A stretch of DNA of 61,408 nt from an uncultured Clostridium sp. (GTDB lineage: Bacteria > Bacillota > Clostridia > TANB77 > CAG-508). Below the pieces are notes generated by a model. That model did not search any database. It was not told the origin of the DNA and was given only the letters and a program-made list of their open reading frames with translations. A program made the translations under genes and the position numbers. How positions within the stretch are numbered: the first letter of the stretch is position 1; each line of letters begins with the position of its first letter. This document shows positions 21,127-31,752 of this stretch, one piece after another. The DNA lies in the NCBI GenBank assembly GCA_947567695.1, contig CANONT010000004.1:1-61408 (forward strand). The letters run 5' to 3'.

Positions 21127-21606
21127 TCATTTCTCCTCTGGTTCTACATATTCTAAAGTACCTGGTATAATTTTATCCATAAATACCTCACCATTTAGAT
21201 GATCCACTTCATGGCTAATCACTTGGGCTAGTAATTCCTTTGCCTTTACTCTCTTCCTTTTTCCTTCTCGATCTGTATATTCGGCTACTACCTCTGCTGG
21301 TCTTACTACTTTAGCAAATTGATTTGGAAAACTTAAACATCCTTCTTCTACTTCTTGTTCTCCTTTTGTTTTCTGGATAACTGGATTGATCATAACAATC
21401 GGTCCTTTATCATCATATAAATCAATGACAATGACTCTTTTCAAAATTCCTACTTGTACTCCTGCAAGCCCTACTCCATTATATTTATGCATGGTTTCTA
21501 TCATGTCATCTATTAGCATTTGTATTTTTTCGTCTATTACTTCTACTTCTCTTGATTTCTTTTTTAAGATTTCGTCCCCTTCTAATCTTAAATTTCTAAT
21601 TGCCAT
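21127..21606 (-). CDS. def: peptide deformylase
   Basis: GVGLAGVQVG, EGCLSFP and HEVDHLNG motifs. Start set at MAIRNLRLEGD. Confidence 0.95.
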   Translation of the reverse strand: MAIRNLRLEGDEILKKKSREVEVIDEKIQMLIDDMIETMHKYNGVGLAGVQVGILKRVIVIDLYDDKGPIVMINPVIQKTKGEQEVEEGCLSFPNQFAKVVRPAEVVAEYTDREGKRKRVKAKELLAQVISHEVDHLNGEVFMDKIIPGTLEYVEPEEK

Positions 21607-21815
21607 TTTTCTTCCCCTCTCTTTAAGCATTGTTTACATTGTAATGATACTATTTTTCACTTTTTTTGTCAATCATTATTGTGCCACATTTTTATCAGTA
21701 ACATACTTTTAGGATTTTTTGCTATTGCATCATTTCATACTATCTGTATGAAAATATGGTGTGCTCTTTTATCTTTGCACACCATATTTTTCTTCTTTAA
21801 ATATTATACAAATTA

Positions 21816-23237
21816 TCATCTAAAATTATACTCGATAGAACCTGCTAAATTTGTAATCTTTTTAACCTCAAGAATATAACCGCCGCCTGAGCAATAAGAT
21901 CCAGTAAACATCATTTGAAATTTACTGCCCGAATCAACTGTTATCGTAGCTTCCGATGCTCCAGAACTTGAACTTCTAGAAAATGACGAACCACTAGAAC
22001 CATAAGCCATAAAAGTACCAGACCAAGAAGAAGCACTACCATATATTTTAAGATAAACCAAAACAAATTGAGTAGCAGTAAAATCTGTTGATTTCACTCC
22101 TCCAGATACACTAGAAACACGTGGACCATTAGAAAATATAATCGTAGTTTCTTCCCATACAGCAAACAAATTCAAATTGCTGTCTATTGTATAAGAGCTG
22201 TTTGGTTGATAGGTCGCTGTCGTTGCATCAGCACTTGAAGCCCAACCCTTAAATGCATAATCAGACCTAGTAGGAACTGTTCCACTCAATGACAAAGCGG
22301 TTCCTTCTGTTTTAATTTGACTTTCTGGTGCACCTGTTCCTCCATTCGCATTATAAGTTACTGTATATTGTCTTTTGGTGATTGGATTTATAATACCACT
22401 AGTTGTTTTATTTCCTGCTACATCATACACCTCGGCATATATACTATATTGTATTCCTACTGTTAACCCTGTCAATGTTTTTGTTTTCTCCTGTTCTGTT
22501 GTTGCTCCTGCTGTAACTCCATTCATTGTTTGATAAATCTCTTCAACACTTGCATATTGATCATCTGTTGATTTTTTATAATACCATTTTATTTTACCTA
22601 ATCCTGAATTCGTATCAGTTGTTCTTATTTTTAAGGTAATACTATTCACTGTTGTACTAGTTGCTGTTAATGGTGTTGCTGTACTAATACTTGGACCTGT
22701 TGTATCTATTTTTAATACATTTCCAGTTACCACAGCTCCTACATTTCCTGTTTCAGCAGGATTTAAGTTGTCTGTCAATCTAGCTTGTATCGTTCCATTG
22801 GCAGAATACTCAATTCCACTTGTATAATCATCCCATGAATTCCCATTATTTCTTGAATATTGTACTTTATACGCAGAACCAGAATTATTTATTAATGTTA
22901 CTGTAACATTTCCATTTGTCCAATTTGAATTACTATAAGAAATTGCAATTCCACTACCTGCTGTTTCTTCTGTTTCTGTTGCATCAGTCGTTTTTCCTTT
23001 TACTGTAATACTATTGGTTGTTATGTTGCTATTTTCTACTGTTGGTGTGAAAGTATTTGGTGCCTTTGTATCAATGTTTTTTATATTTTTTCTCAAATAT
23101 TTTCCAACTTCTTCTTCCTGAGCTAATCTAAGATATATTGCACCATTTATTGTGAATTTTACCCCTGTTTTATAGTTGCTCCAATTACTAGCAACTTCTG
23201 GATCTCCTGTTGTATACTGTAATTGGTATTCTTTCAT
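21816..23237 (-). CDS. surface-protein-like ORF with Ig/Fn3-like repeats and a Listeria-Bacteroides (InlB B-type) repeat
   Basis: YTVTYNANGGTGAPES...YAFKGWASSADATTATY is the B-repeat signature, and the upstream repeats are Thr/Ser-rich beta-type. No signal peptide and no clear SD. Confidence 0.65.
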   Translation of the reverse strand: MKEYQLQYTTGDPEVASNWSNYKTGVKFTINGAIYLRLAQEEEVGKYLRKNIKNIDTKAPNTFTPTVENSNITTNSITVKGKTTDATETEETAGSGIAISYSNSNWTNGNVTVTLINNSGSAYKVQYSRNNGNSWDDYTSGIEYSANGTIQARLTDNLNPAETGNVGAVVTGNVLKIDTTGPSISTATPLTATSTTVNSITLKIRTTDTNSGLGKIKWYYKKSTDDQYASVEEIYQTMNGVTAGATTEQEKTKTLTGLTVGIQYSIYAEVYDVAGNKTTSGIINPITKRQYTVTYNANGGTGAPESQIKTEGTALSLSGTVPTRSDYAFKGWASSADATTATYQPNSSYTIDSNLNLFAVWEETTIIFSNGPRVSSVSGGVKSTDFTATQFVLVYLKIYGSASSWSGTFMAYGSSGSSFSRSSSSGASEATITVDSGSKFQMMFTGSYCSGGGYILEVKKITNLAGSIEYNFR

Positions 23238-23301
23238 GTCTGAATTAGTTACAGTTCAGTCTTAAACTAATTTTTAGCCATCAAAAGCTTAATATATAAA
23301 G

Positions 23302-25068
23302 TTATTCATTTTCCCAAGCTAATATTGGATATCCATTATTTTTTCCTTGTACTACTATATAGTTTTCCCAATTTAGTGCTTTTATCTCATCTTCTGTTTT
23401 ATTCTCTACCTTTACTTGATCTGTATCAACGCCTTGTTTTATACAATTTTGTAATTGCCAACAATTTGTTATTTCATCTATCACTTGTTGTTCTAAAAGC
23501 CCCCATATTCCTCCTGTTCTTCCAGGATAATCATCATTTGTATTTGTTATATCTCCTACATTATAGCAATATTTTATATAACTAACTTCATCTACATGAC
23601 CATTAATGTCACCTGCAATTCCTCCCATTCCTCTATAATTTGCTTTAATATTTCCTACATTATAGCAATAAGATATCTTTGAATTTCCTCCAAAACAACC
23701 TATAATTCCTCCTGTGCAAGACCAATAATCACCATCCTGATCAGTAGAAAATATATTTCCTGAATTTGAACACTGTTCTAGGCTAGAACTTTTCCTAAGC
23801 CATCCTGCTATCCCACCTACATAGCATTTTGCTTGTATTTCTCCAGTATTACTACATTGTTTCATAGATACTTTTTTTAGTGTTCCATTTGTATTATATC
23901 CTCCAAGACCACAAATCCCTCCTACATAAGAGACACCTTTAATCATTTTAGTATTATAGCATCTTTCAATGCTACCATCAACCATAAAACCAACAATTCC
24001 TCCTATTTTATATACATCTGCTTCTATTTCTGCATAGTTTTTACATTCTTTAATTTTTCCCTGTTGAAAAAATCCTACAATTCCTGCTATTGCTCCATAA
24101 GTTGACTTAATAATACCATAGTTTTCACAATTTATTATTTCTACATCACGGTTCATTGTTGATCTTCCTAAAATTCCTCCTGTTGAACTTACTGTTTCAT
24201 TATTATAAACATCCTCTGACAATGTAGAAGTAACATTTACTTTATTTTTGCAATTTATTATTTGTGTATTTCCTGCTCTTCCTACTAATCCTGCCACGAT
24301 ATGTCCTCCTGTTATATTTCCTTCTACTGTTAGATTTTCAATTATTACCTTTTCTGAACTTCCCCATACGTCTCCAAATAATGCTTGATACATTTTATTA
24401 TTATTAATATAAATGCCTGATATTGTATGATTTTCTCCATCATATATACCTGCAAAATATTTGTTAAAGTCTTCATTTGCTGTTCCATATCCTATTGGTT
24501 CCCAATCTTCATTATTTAAATTAATATCTGCCTTTTGCTCGATGATACAATTTTCAAATTTTTCTCCATTATTTACTCTATCTCTAAAGTTTTCTAATTG
24601 TGCTTTATTCCATATTTCATATCTTCTATAAGTAATTCCATCTATTACTGTATCTTCTAATTCTTCGATTTGGTTTCCTGTATGAGTATTATTTTCTTCT
24701 TTTCCTTCTCCTATATATGTAACATTTTTATTAGCATCTACTAAAAACTCATATTCTTTATACGTTATATGATAGCAATTGTCTTCTGGACCTTCCCATT
24801 TAAAATTTGGATCCTTTTTTGTTAAATTCGCCCATAGATTTTCATAGCTAAATTTGTCATTTGTAATCGCTACTCTTGTTACTTCTTCTGATATTACAAG
24901 TTGTATTTCTTCTTTTGCATTTCCTATCTTTGTTTTTTCTTTTGCTAACTGTGCTTTGGTTATGATTCCATTTTCACCTGTTAATGTAGCTACACTAACT
25001 GCTACTAATACTAATAATACAATGATTGTTATTACTAATGTAATTAATGTAATACCTTTGTTTTTCAT
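23302..25068 (-). CDS. GLUG-motif repeat protein with prepilin-like N-terminus
   Basis: The N-terminus MKNKGITLITLVITIIVLLVL resembles a prepilin cleavage/methylation segment. At least six GG(I/L)xG...N.G.I GLUG-type repeats follow. Confidence 0.75.
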   Translation of the reverse strand: MKNKGITLITLVITIIVLLVLVAVSVATLTGENGIITKAQLAKEKTKIGNAKEEIQLVISEEVTRVAITNDKFSYENLWANLTKKDPNFKWEGPEDNCYHITYKEYEFLVDANKNVTYIGEGKEENNTHTGNQIEELEDTVIDGITYRRYEIWNKAQLENFRDRVNNGEKFENCIIEQKADINLNNEDWEPIGYGTANEDFNKYFAGIYDGENHTISGIYINNNKMYQALFGDVWGSSEKVIIENLTVEGNITGGHIVAGLVGRAGNTQIINCKNKVNVTSTLSEDVYNNETVSSTGGILGRSTMNRDVEIINCENYGIIKSTYGAIAGIVGFFQQGKIKECKNYAEIEADVYKIGGIVGFMVDGSIERCYNTKMIKGVSYVGGICGLGGYNTNGTLKKVSMKQCSNTGEIQAKCYVGGIAGWLRKSSSLEQCSNSGNIFSTDQDGDYWSCTGGIIGCFGGNSKISYCYNVGNIKANYRGMGGIAGDINGHVDEVSYIKYCYNVGDITNTNDDYPGRTGGIWGLLEQQVIDEITNCWQLQNCIKQGVDTDQVKVENKTEDEIKALNWENYIVVQGKNNGYPILAWENE

Positions 25069-25241
25069 CTCAAAACTCCTCTTTGTTTTTTATTCAAACT
25101 CTTTTCAGTATGTTTTTCTATAATAAATATCATCTATTTTATTATACCACATCAACTTTTTTTGTCTAGCAATGTAACAAAACTGTAACATTCTTATGTT
25201 ATCGTTCAGATCTAACTGTTAAAAAGTCTCTCCATTTCATA

Positions 25242-27511
25242 CTACATCATACTATTCGGATTAACATCCATTGCTATTTTCGTATTTTTCCAATTTTTTT
25301 CATAGGCTTGCCTTAAACATTGGTTTAATATATCATTTGCTTCACTCGTCATATTTCCTTTTAAAATAATTCGCCAACGATATCTATTTTGTATTTTATC
25401 AATAGGTGCTGGCATTGGTTTGAAAATTCTAAATTGCTCTTTGTCTAAGTTATTTTGTAAAAATTCGTAAATCCATGTACTTGCTTTCCCGAATTTCTGT
25501 TTCTTGCAAGCTATTAAAATTCACTACTGTGATATCACTAAATGGTGGGTATTTCAACTGCTTTCGTAGTGCTATTTCGGTTTCATAAAATTTTTCATAA
25601 TTTTGCTTTTTCGCACACTGAATACTAAAGTTTTCTGGATTATAACTTTGTATGATTACTTTCCCTGGCAAGTTTTCTCTACCTGCTCGTCCGTGCTACT
25701 TGTGTTAAAATTTGAAAGGTTCTTTCATTAGCTCGATAATCGTCTATATTTAGAGAACTATCTGCTGCAATCACTCCTACTAGTGTAACATTCGGAAAAT
25801 GATGTCCTTTCACAACCATTTGTGTTCCAATTAAGATGTCAATATTTTCATTTTTAAATCGATTTAGAATTTGTTCATGTGAGTTCTTTTTCGTTACAGT
25901 ATCTATGTCCATTCGGATCGTTTTTGCGTTTGGAAACTGTTTGTTAATTTCTTGTTCTAATTTTTGCGTTCCTGTTCCAAAATATCGAATTTTGTCACTG
26001 TGACATTCTGGGCATATGGTTACAACTTTCTCCTCATAACCACAATAATGACATTTTAATTTTTTCTCATAACTATGATAGGTCATACTGATATTACAAT
26101 TCTTACATTGTACAGTATACCCACAATTTCTACACATGATAAATGTAGAATATCCTCTTCGATTTAAAAATAAAATCGTCTGTCTTTTTTGCTTTAAATT
26201 TTCTTCAATCGCCTCATACAAATCCATGCTTAACATAGAACGGTTTCCCTTTACTAATTCTTGTTTTAAATCTACTACTTGTACCTTTGGTAAAGATGAT
26301 TGATTGGCTCTTTTGGTTAAGGTTAATAATGCTACATCATGTTTTTGTTCTTGTATCGCAGAATGATACGTTCTCATGTCTGGTGTAGCACTTCCTAATA
26401 ATAGCGGACATTGACATTGTTTCGCAATTTGTTTGGCCACTTCTTTGGCATCATATTTGGGGTTAGCTTCTGATTTATAAGAACTATCATGTTCTTCGTC
26501 AATGATAATAATTCCGATTTTCTCGACTGGTGCAAAAATCGCTGACCTTGCTCCTATTACAATCTTAGCTTTTCCTTCTTTGATTCGTTCCCATTCATCA
26601 TGTCTCTCTCCAATGGATAATTTACTATGTAATACAGCAATTTCTTCTTTTCCAAAGCGAGCAATAAATCGATCTAACATTTGTGGTGTCAATGATATTT
26701 CTGGTACTAATAAAATAGCTGTTTTTTCTTGTTCTAATGCTTTTTGAATTAATTGTAAATAAATTTCTGTTTTTCCTGAACCTGTCACACCATACAACAA
26801 AAAAGTTTGATATTGGTTCTGTTGCATTTTCTGTTCTACTCTTTTGTACGCTATTTTTTGTTCGTCTGTTAAGGTTAATTTTTCTGTTCTTTCTCTTTGT
26901 TGGATCATTTCCGTATCTTTTAAATCTAATGGATTTCTTTCCATTTTTTGTTCGACTATTTCTAAATAACCATTTTTGATTAAAGTATTTACAATCGCTC
27001 TGGAACAGTCTGTTAGCATTTCTATTTCTGGTATGGTAACCCCTTCATTATCTTGTACAAAATGAATGATTTTTTTCTGCTTGTCTGATTGAATTTTTCC
27101 TGTTTCAATGTCAAATTCTATTTCTTCTATCTCTTTACTTAAATAAATTGTGTTTATGATTTTGTCTTGGATTCTCTTTTCTTTGTTTTTCGCCCTGCTT
27201 CCCGGTGTTAGCATTAATTTGATACAGTCTGAAACATTGCAAAAGTATCTTTTGGCCATCCATTTGGCTAATGCAATTTGCTCGTCTTTTAGTTGTTCTT
27301 CTAGTCTGGCTATTTCTTTGATTTTATCGGGATAGTTCGTTTTTTCTTTTAATCCTACTACAAAGGCTTCTTCTAGTTTTCCACCTCTCCCAAAGGGTAC
27401 TTGTATTTTGCTCCCAACAAAAATAAGCCCCTCTAAGTTTTCTGGGACACGATAATCAAAAGTTCTATTTAGCTTTTTAGCGGTTCGATTGATGATTACT
27501 TCTGCTATCAT
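25242..27511 (-). CDS. priA: primosomal protein N' (PriA helicase), interrupted at two in-frame CGG codons
   Basis: Walker A GVTGSGKT, DEEH box and zinc-binding Cys cluster. The frame changes at 25691-25693 (LTQVA-GRAGR, motif VI) and at 25489-25491. The C-terminus continues to the TAG at 25242-25244. Confidence 0.88.
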
Positions 27512-27763
27512 TTTTTTCCTCTTTTCTGCTCACTAGTATATCAAATTTTTGTTTTTTTCACAAGATGAAAAGAAATTTAATTTTCGTTTTTTTGCAGTTT
27601 CCCTACTAGAGTTATATTTTTTATTAAAAAACATTATAGATTTTGGGTCAGCTAAGCTTTCACAGAAACTCTATTTCTATTTGCTATCATAGAAATGGAG
27701 GAAACCAGCCCATCGGAGCATTCACTCCAATGTGCTGGCTTGCCGATGTGAAAATCATTATAT

Positions 27764-28038
27764 ATTAAAACAAATCAGAATGAGAACCTGTTCTTGAAAC
27801 AGTTAATGTTATTTTATCATTTTCAATCATGTATATTAGAAGCCAATCCGGCTGAATATGACATTCTCTGAAACCGTTTATAATTACCTTTTAGATAATG
27901 TTCTTTATATTTAGTTGGCAAAGGTTTTCCTTCTGCTAATAATTGAACAACATATTTTAGTCTATTGATATCATAACCTCTTTTTTGAATTAATTGATAA
28001 TCTTTCTTAAATTGATTGCTATATCTTACTTTTAGCAC
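27764..28038 (-). CDS. yafQ: type II toxin YafQ/RelE family, interrupted at in-frame CGG 27874-27876
   Basis: GTG start overlapping the dinJ stop. After the +1 step it reads GFRECHIQPDWLLIYMIENDKITLTVSRTGSHSDLF, the standard YafQ C-terminus. Confidence 0.8.
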
Positions 28039-28307
28039 TATTTATCTAACTCCTCAAACATTTCATCTACACGATCAAAAGTTTTGCTTAAATTTTTTTC
28101 ATCTTTAACATCTTCCATTGCTTGTATTGTTTCTTTATTATATCTTGGTTTCCTAATTTCAAAAGGAATACCATCATTTAATATAACTTGATTTAAAAAT
28201 ACATTAATAGCTTCTGTAATAGATAAACCTAAATCATTTAATGTTTGTTCTGCTCTTTGTTTAACACTAGGTTCTACTCTTATATGCAAAGTGTCTGTTT
28301 TAGCCAT
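28038..28307 (-). CDS. dinJ: type II antitoxin RelB/DinJ family
   Basis: The ribbon-helix-helix N-terminus TLHIRVEPSVKQRAEQTLNDLGLSITEAINVFL is typical of DinJ. Its stop overlaps the toxin gene's start. Confidence 0.85.
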   Translation of the reverse strand: MAKTDTLHIRVEPSVKQRAEQTLNDLGLSITEAINVFLNQVILNDGIPFEIRKPRYNKETIQAMEDVKDEKNLSKTFDRVDEMFEELDK

Positions 28308-28391
28308 ATTAAACACCTCCTACATTCTATTATATGTATTGTATCACATTTTATACTCATTTTCAATACAATTGCAACAACTGTTATACTT

Positions 28392-31262
28392 TTAATTTTT
28401 TCTCTTTCTAACCTTCCACACCAAAGAGCCCAAAACAATTAGCACAACCAGTATTTCAATCACAATCTCTGTTAAATGTTCTCGCAAGCCAGTCGAAATA
28501 CTAATAATCCATTCCTTTGTATCTATGTTATCTGTTAAAGTAGACTCCTCAAACTGTGGTTCACAAGTCGAATCCATACAAGAAACCACATTAACAATTG
28601 TACCTGCCACTTCACTTGACGTAGCCGTTAGAACAATTGGAAACTCTCTAGCTTCGCCAATTACTAAATTATCTACATTTCGGCAAGCTACCTTACCTTC
28701 TATTCTCCAACCTGAATTATCTTGTTCTAATGCCACAAAACCATCTGGAATTTCGTTATAAAGCACTGTACAGCCATCTAGTTCACTCGGATTAGAAACC
28801 GTAATTGTATAAGTAAGTTTTAACAAATCCACATTAATTTTTCTATCTATTTCCAACTTATTAGAAATCTCTTTTGGTTCATCATTTAAAACAATTCCTG
28901 TTAGTTTTTGTGAAACAGCGATATTAAATACTAACTTTCTATACTGATAGGTCACTATAATAGGATCCTCTATCATAGTACCAACATTATTTTCTGGTAT
29001 TTTGATTAGCTCATAACCTTGTATTTCCTTTGCTTCTGTTTGATAGTTAGCAAAAACTTTACCTTGGAAATTTTCGTTATTAGCTAATTTGTTTCCCTTT
29101 TCATCTATGTATTCTGCCATCACACTTGTATCTTTTAATCGATAACCATAGGTAACTACAATGGTATCTTCTGTCATAGTACCAGTACTATTTTGAGGTC
29201 TTTCGACTAATTGATAACCATAAATATCTTTTTCCTCTGTTTTATAATCGTCAAACACTTTTCCTCTTATTGTCTCATGCCCTGCTATTTCATTTCCCTG
29301 TTCATCAACATATTTAGCAACAACACTAGTATCTTTTAATTGATAACGATAGGTGACTATCATAGGAGTTTCTATCATTCTGCCAGTACTATTGGGGGGT
29401 ATTTCTTTGCATTCATACCCATAGATAACTTTTGGCTTTGTTTGATATGCATCAAACACTTTCCCTTGTAGTGTTTCATCATCTGCTAATATATTATCAT
29501 CTTCATCTACATATTTGATAATGACACTGCTATCTTTTAATTCATAACGATAAGTCACTGTAATGGTATCTTCTGTCATAGTACCAATATGATTAGAAGG
29601 AACTTCCATTAATTCATAACCATAAATCTGTTTTGCCTCTGTTTGATATTTCTCAAACACTTTCCCTTGAAGCACTTCATCAACCGCTATTTGCTTTCCT
29701 TTTTCATCTACATATTTAGTAATCACATTACTATCTTTTATTTTGTAACGATACATTACATGAATGGTATCTTTGTTCATATTTCCTGTACTATTTTCTG
29801 GGGTTTGTATCAACTCATAACCATAAATTGATTTTTCTTTTGTTGTATATGGATCACCTTCATAACCATTTATGGTTTCTATTTCTGCTAATTTGTTTCC
29901 TTTTTCATCTACATAATTCACTATTACTTTATAAGGTATTTTACTTGTCACTGTATTAGATGTTAAAGTATATTTACCATTTATAATCGTAGAGGCAGTA
30001 TTTGTAATATTTCCTGATGTTACAGAAGGCTTAACTTTTGCTTTTATAACAAATCGATAAGTTTGTCCTTTGTAACTCATATTTTTTAAATAGTTATTAT
30101 TAAAATTATAATTTAGTGTATGAGTAGCTGAATCATAACTTGTATTTCCTGCCATAGATGTTATATCCCTATTATTTTCATCATATACTTTTAATGTTTG
30201 TTCTGTTAAATTACTACTTATCACATCTCGAAATGCAAGAGAATTATAATAAAAATTCGTGTCAGTAGCTTTTGAAATATTTTGCGTTACTGTATAAGTT
30301 ATCATATCTCCTGTATTGGCTACGGCTTTATCTACTATTTTTTTAGGATTGCTTGGCGTACTTGCAGTCAAAGAAGCATATTGTAAATGATAACCTATAT
30401 CTGCTTTATTATTTAATGCATATAATTCAACTTCTAAATGATTTGTTTTTTGATATTGAAAAGAAACACATTTTAAGGTACCAGCATCTGTATTGCCACC
30501 TACTGCTGAACTTGTGGTGCCATAAAATACATTTTGATACGTTCGAGAGGTACATTGAGAGGCAATAGAAGATACGTAATTCAAATAGGTTTGTTCATAT
30601 AAATATTGATTGGATGATATTTTAGAAGAGGCTCCTTCATTCCTATCTTCTGAAAATAAAGATAAATATGCTGTATCTAAGTTGATTGGTGTATTGGAAC
30701 CGGAATAATAGAAATAAATATTGACAGTTACATGTTCAATTTTTCTGTACCACCATTCATTGTTGGTACCCATAGCATTCCCATAAGCAGACCAATATAA
30801 AAATGGGCTATCTCCTTTTACTACTATATCGGAATAAACTAATTTCATATCAATGTTTTTACCATTTAGTTTGCCACAGCTATTAAATTTTACTGTAATT
30901 ACGGAATCGAGTGTCTTTCCAGTTGTAGCATTGGGAAATTCTACTTGTCTTACCGTTACAGAACTATTAATTAATGATGTTGTATCACTCAAATGATAGG
31001 TTTCTGAACCGGATACCGTAATACTCGGTAGTGATGTATAATTTAATACTAGCGTATCTAAGCTATTCGCTTCTAATAGTGTTTGAGAATTAATGTTAGT
31101 ATATTCGTTGTTACTAGTTGTTGCTACACTGTTTATTTCGTTTTCATTGGTAATCTTTTCTTCTGTTATGGCATATACTTTTTCTATATTAGAAAATATA
31201 GCTATAAAAAGTATAATGCATACACAAATATAACTCAGAATAGTTTGTTTTCTGATCTTCAT
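28392..31262 (-). CDS. cell-surface adhesin with five MucBP-like repeats and a C-terminal TM anchor
   Basis: Signal peptide MKIRKQTILSYICVCIILFIAIFSNIEKVYA, repeated Y(V/I)DE.GN..A......G....Y.T..K.I.GYEL modules, a hydrophobic C-terminus followed by KVRKRKN, and no LPXTG motif. Confidence 0.85.
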   Translation of the reverse strand: MKIRKQTILSYICVCIILFIAIFSNIEKVYAITEEKITNENEINSVATTSNNEYTNINSQTLLEANSLDTLVLNYTSLPSITVSGSETYHLSDTTSLINSSVTVRQVEFPNATTGKTLDSVITVKFNSCGKLNGKNIDMKLVYSDIVVKGDSPFLYWSAYGNAMGTNNEWWYRKIEHVTVNIYFYYSGSNTPINLDTAYLSLFSEDRNEGASSKISSNQYLYEQTYLNYVSSIASQCTSRTYQNVFYGTTSSAVGGNTDAGTLKCVSFQYQKTNHLEVELYALNNKADIGYHLQYASLTASTPSNPKKIVDKAVANTGDMITYTVTQNISKATDTNFYYNSLAFRDVISSNLTEQTLKVYDENNRDITSMAGNTSYDSATHTLNYNFNNNYLKNMSYKGQTYRFVIKAKVKPSVTSGNITNTASTIINGKYTLTSNTVTSKIPYKVIVNYVDEKGNKLAEIETINGYEGDPYTTKEKSIYGYELIQTPENSTGNMNKDTIHVMYRYKIKDSNVITKYVDEKGKQIAVDEVLQGKVFEKYQTEAKQIYGYELMEVPSNHIGTMTEDTITVTYRYELKDSSVIIKYVDEDDNILADDETLQGKVFDAYQTKPKVIYGYECKEIPPNSTGRMIETPMIVTYRYQLKDTSVVAKYVDEQGNEIAGHETIRGKVFDDYKTEEKDIYGYQLVERPQNSTGTMTEDTIVVTYGYRLKDTSVMAEYIDEKGNKLANNENFQGKVFANYQTEAKEIQGYELIKIPENNVGTMIEDPIIVTYQYRKLVFNIAVSQKLTGIVLNDEPKEISNKLEIDRKINVDLLKLTYTITVSNPSELDGCTVLYNEIPDGFVALEQDNSGWRIEGKVACRNVDNLVIGEAREFPIVLTATSSEVAGTIVNVVSCMDSTCEPQFEESTLTDNIDTKEWIISISTGLREHLTEIVIEILVVLIVLGSLVWKVRKRKN
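28935..29940 (-). repeat. five tandem ~67-codon MucBP-like coding repeats
   Basis: Repeat units starting YKVIVNYVDEKG, VITKYVDEKG, VIIKYVDEDD, VVAKYVDEQG and VMAEYIDEKG. Boundaries are approximate. Confidence 0.7.
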
Positions 31263-31458
31263 AAAATTCCTTCTTTCTTGTTTTGTTTTTTTGGATTTCT
31301 TAGATTTTAAAATGATATAAAAAATAGATTTATCCTTATGCGAAACCAAAGTTGTTTGTCTTTACAATTCTAAAATAATTGCATGTTAATAATGTATCAC
31401 AAAATTTTACCTTTAGCAATACTTTTTCTATACTTTTCGTCGCAAAATTCGACATTTT

Positions 31459-31712
31459 GTTACTAGTCAGTCTTATTAATTATTCCTTTTTATAGTGAAT
31501 GTTTAATCTATTATTTTTGAAATACCGCGTAAGCGACCAAACGAGCAAAGCGAGTGCGAATTGGAGCAACCTACATCATTTAAATTATATAAAATTATTC
31601 GTTAAAATAATTTTATATAATTTAAATATTAGAGGGTTGCGACACCAAGGTATGAAAAAATAATAGATTAAACTTTCACATAAGAAAACAAATGATAAGG
31701 CTGAACAGTAAC
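31459..31712. mobile_element. MITE-like non-autonomous element (254 bp) with 8-bp target site duplication
   Basis: Terminal inverted repeats GTTACTAGTCAGTCTTATTA / GTTACTGTTCAGCCTTATCA (reverse complement). GACATTTT flanks it directly on both sides (31451-31458 and 31713-31720). The interior is a long palindrome. A related element lies at 43392-43483. Confidence 0.8.
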
Positions 31713-31752
31713 GACATTTTATCATAATTCAACCATATTTATGGATTGATTT

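Noticed and set aside
27690-27760. Possible riboswitch or ncRNA downstream of yafQ (nested stems ACCAGCC..GGAG..CTCC..GCTGGCT)
   Set aside because: I could not match it to any riboswitch class, the position upstream of priA is not a typical context, and neighbouring sequence belongs to the dispersed repeat families. No call made.
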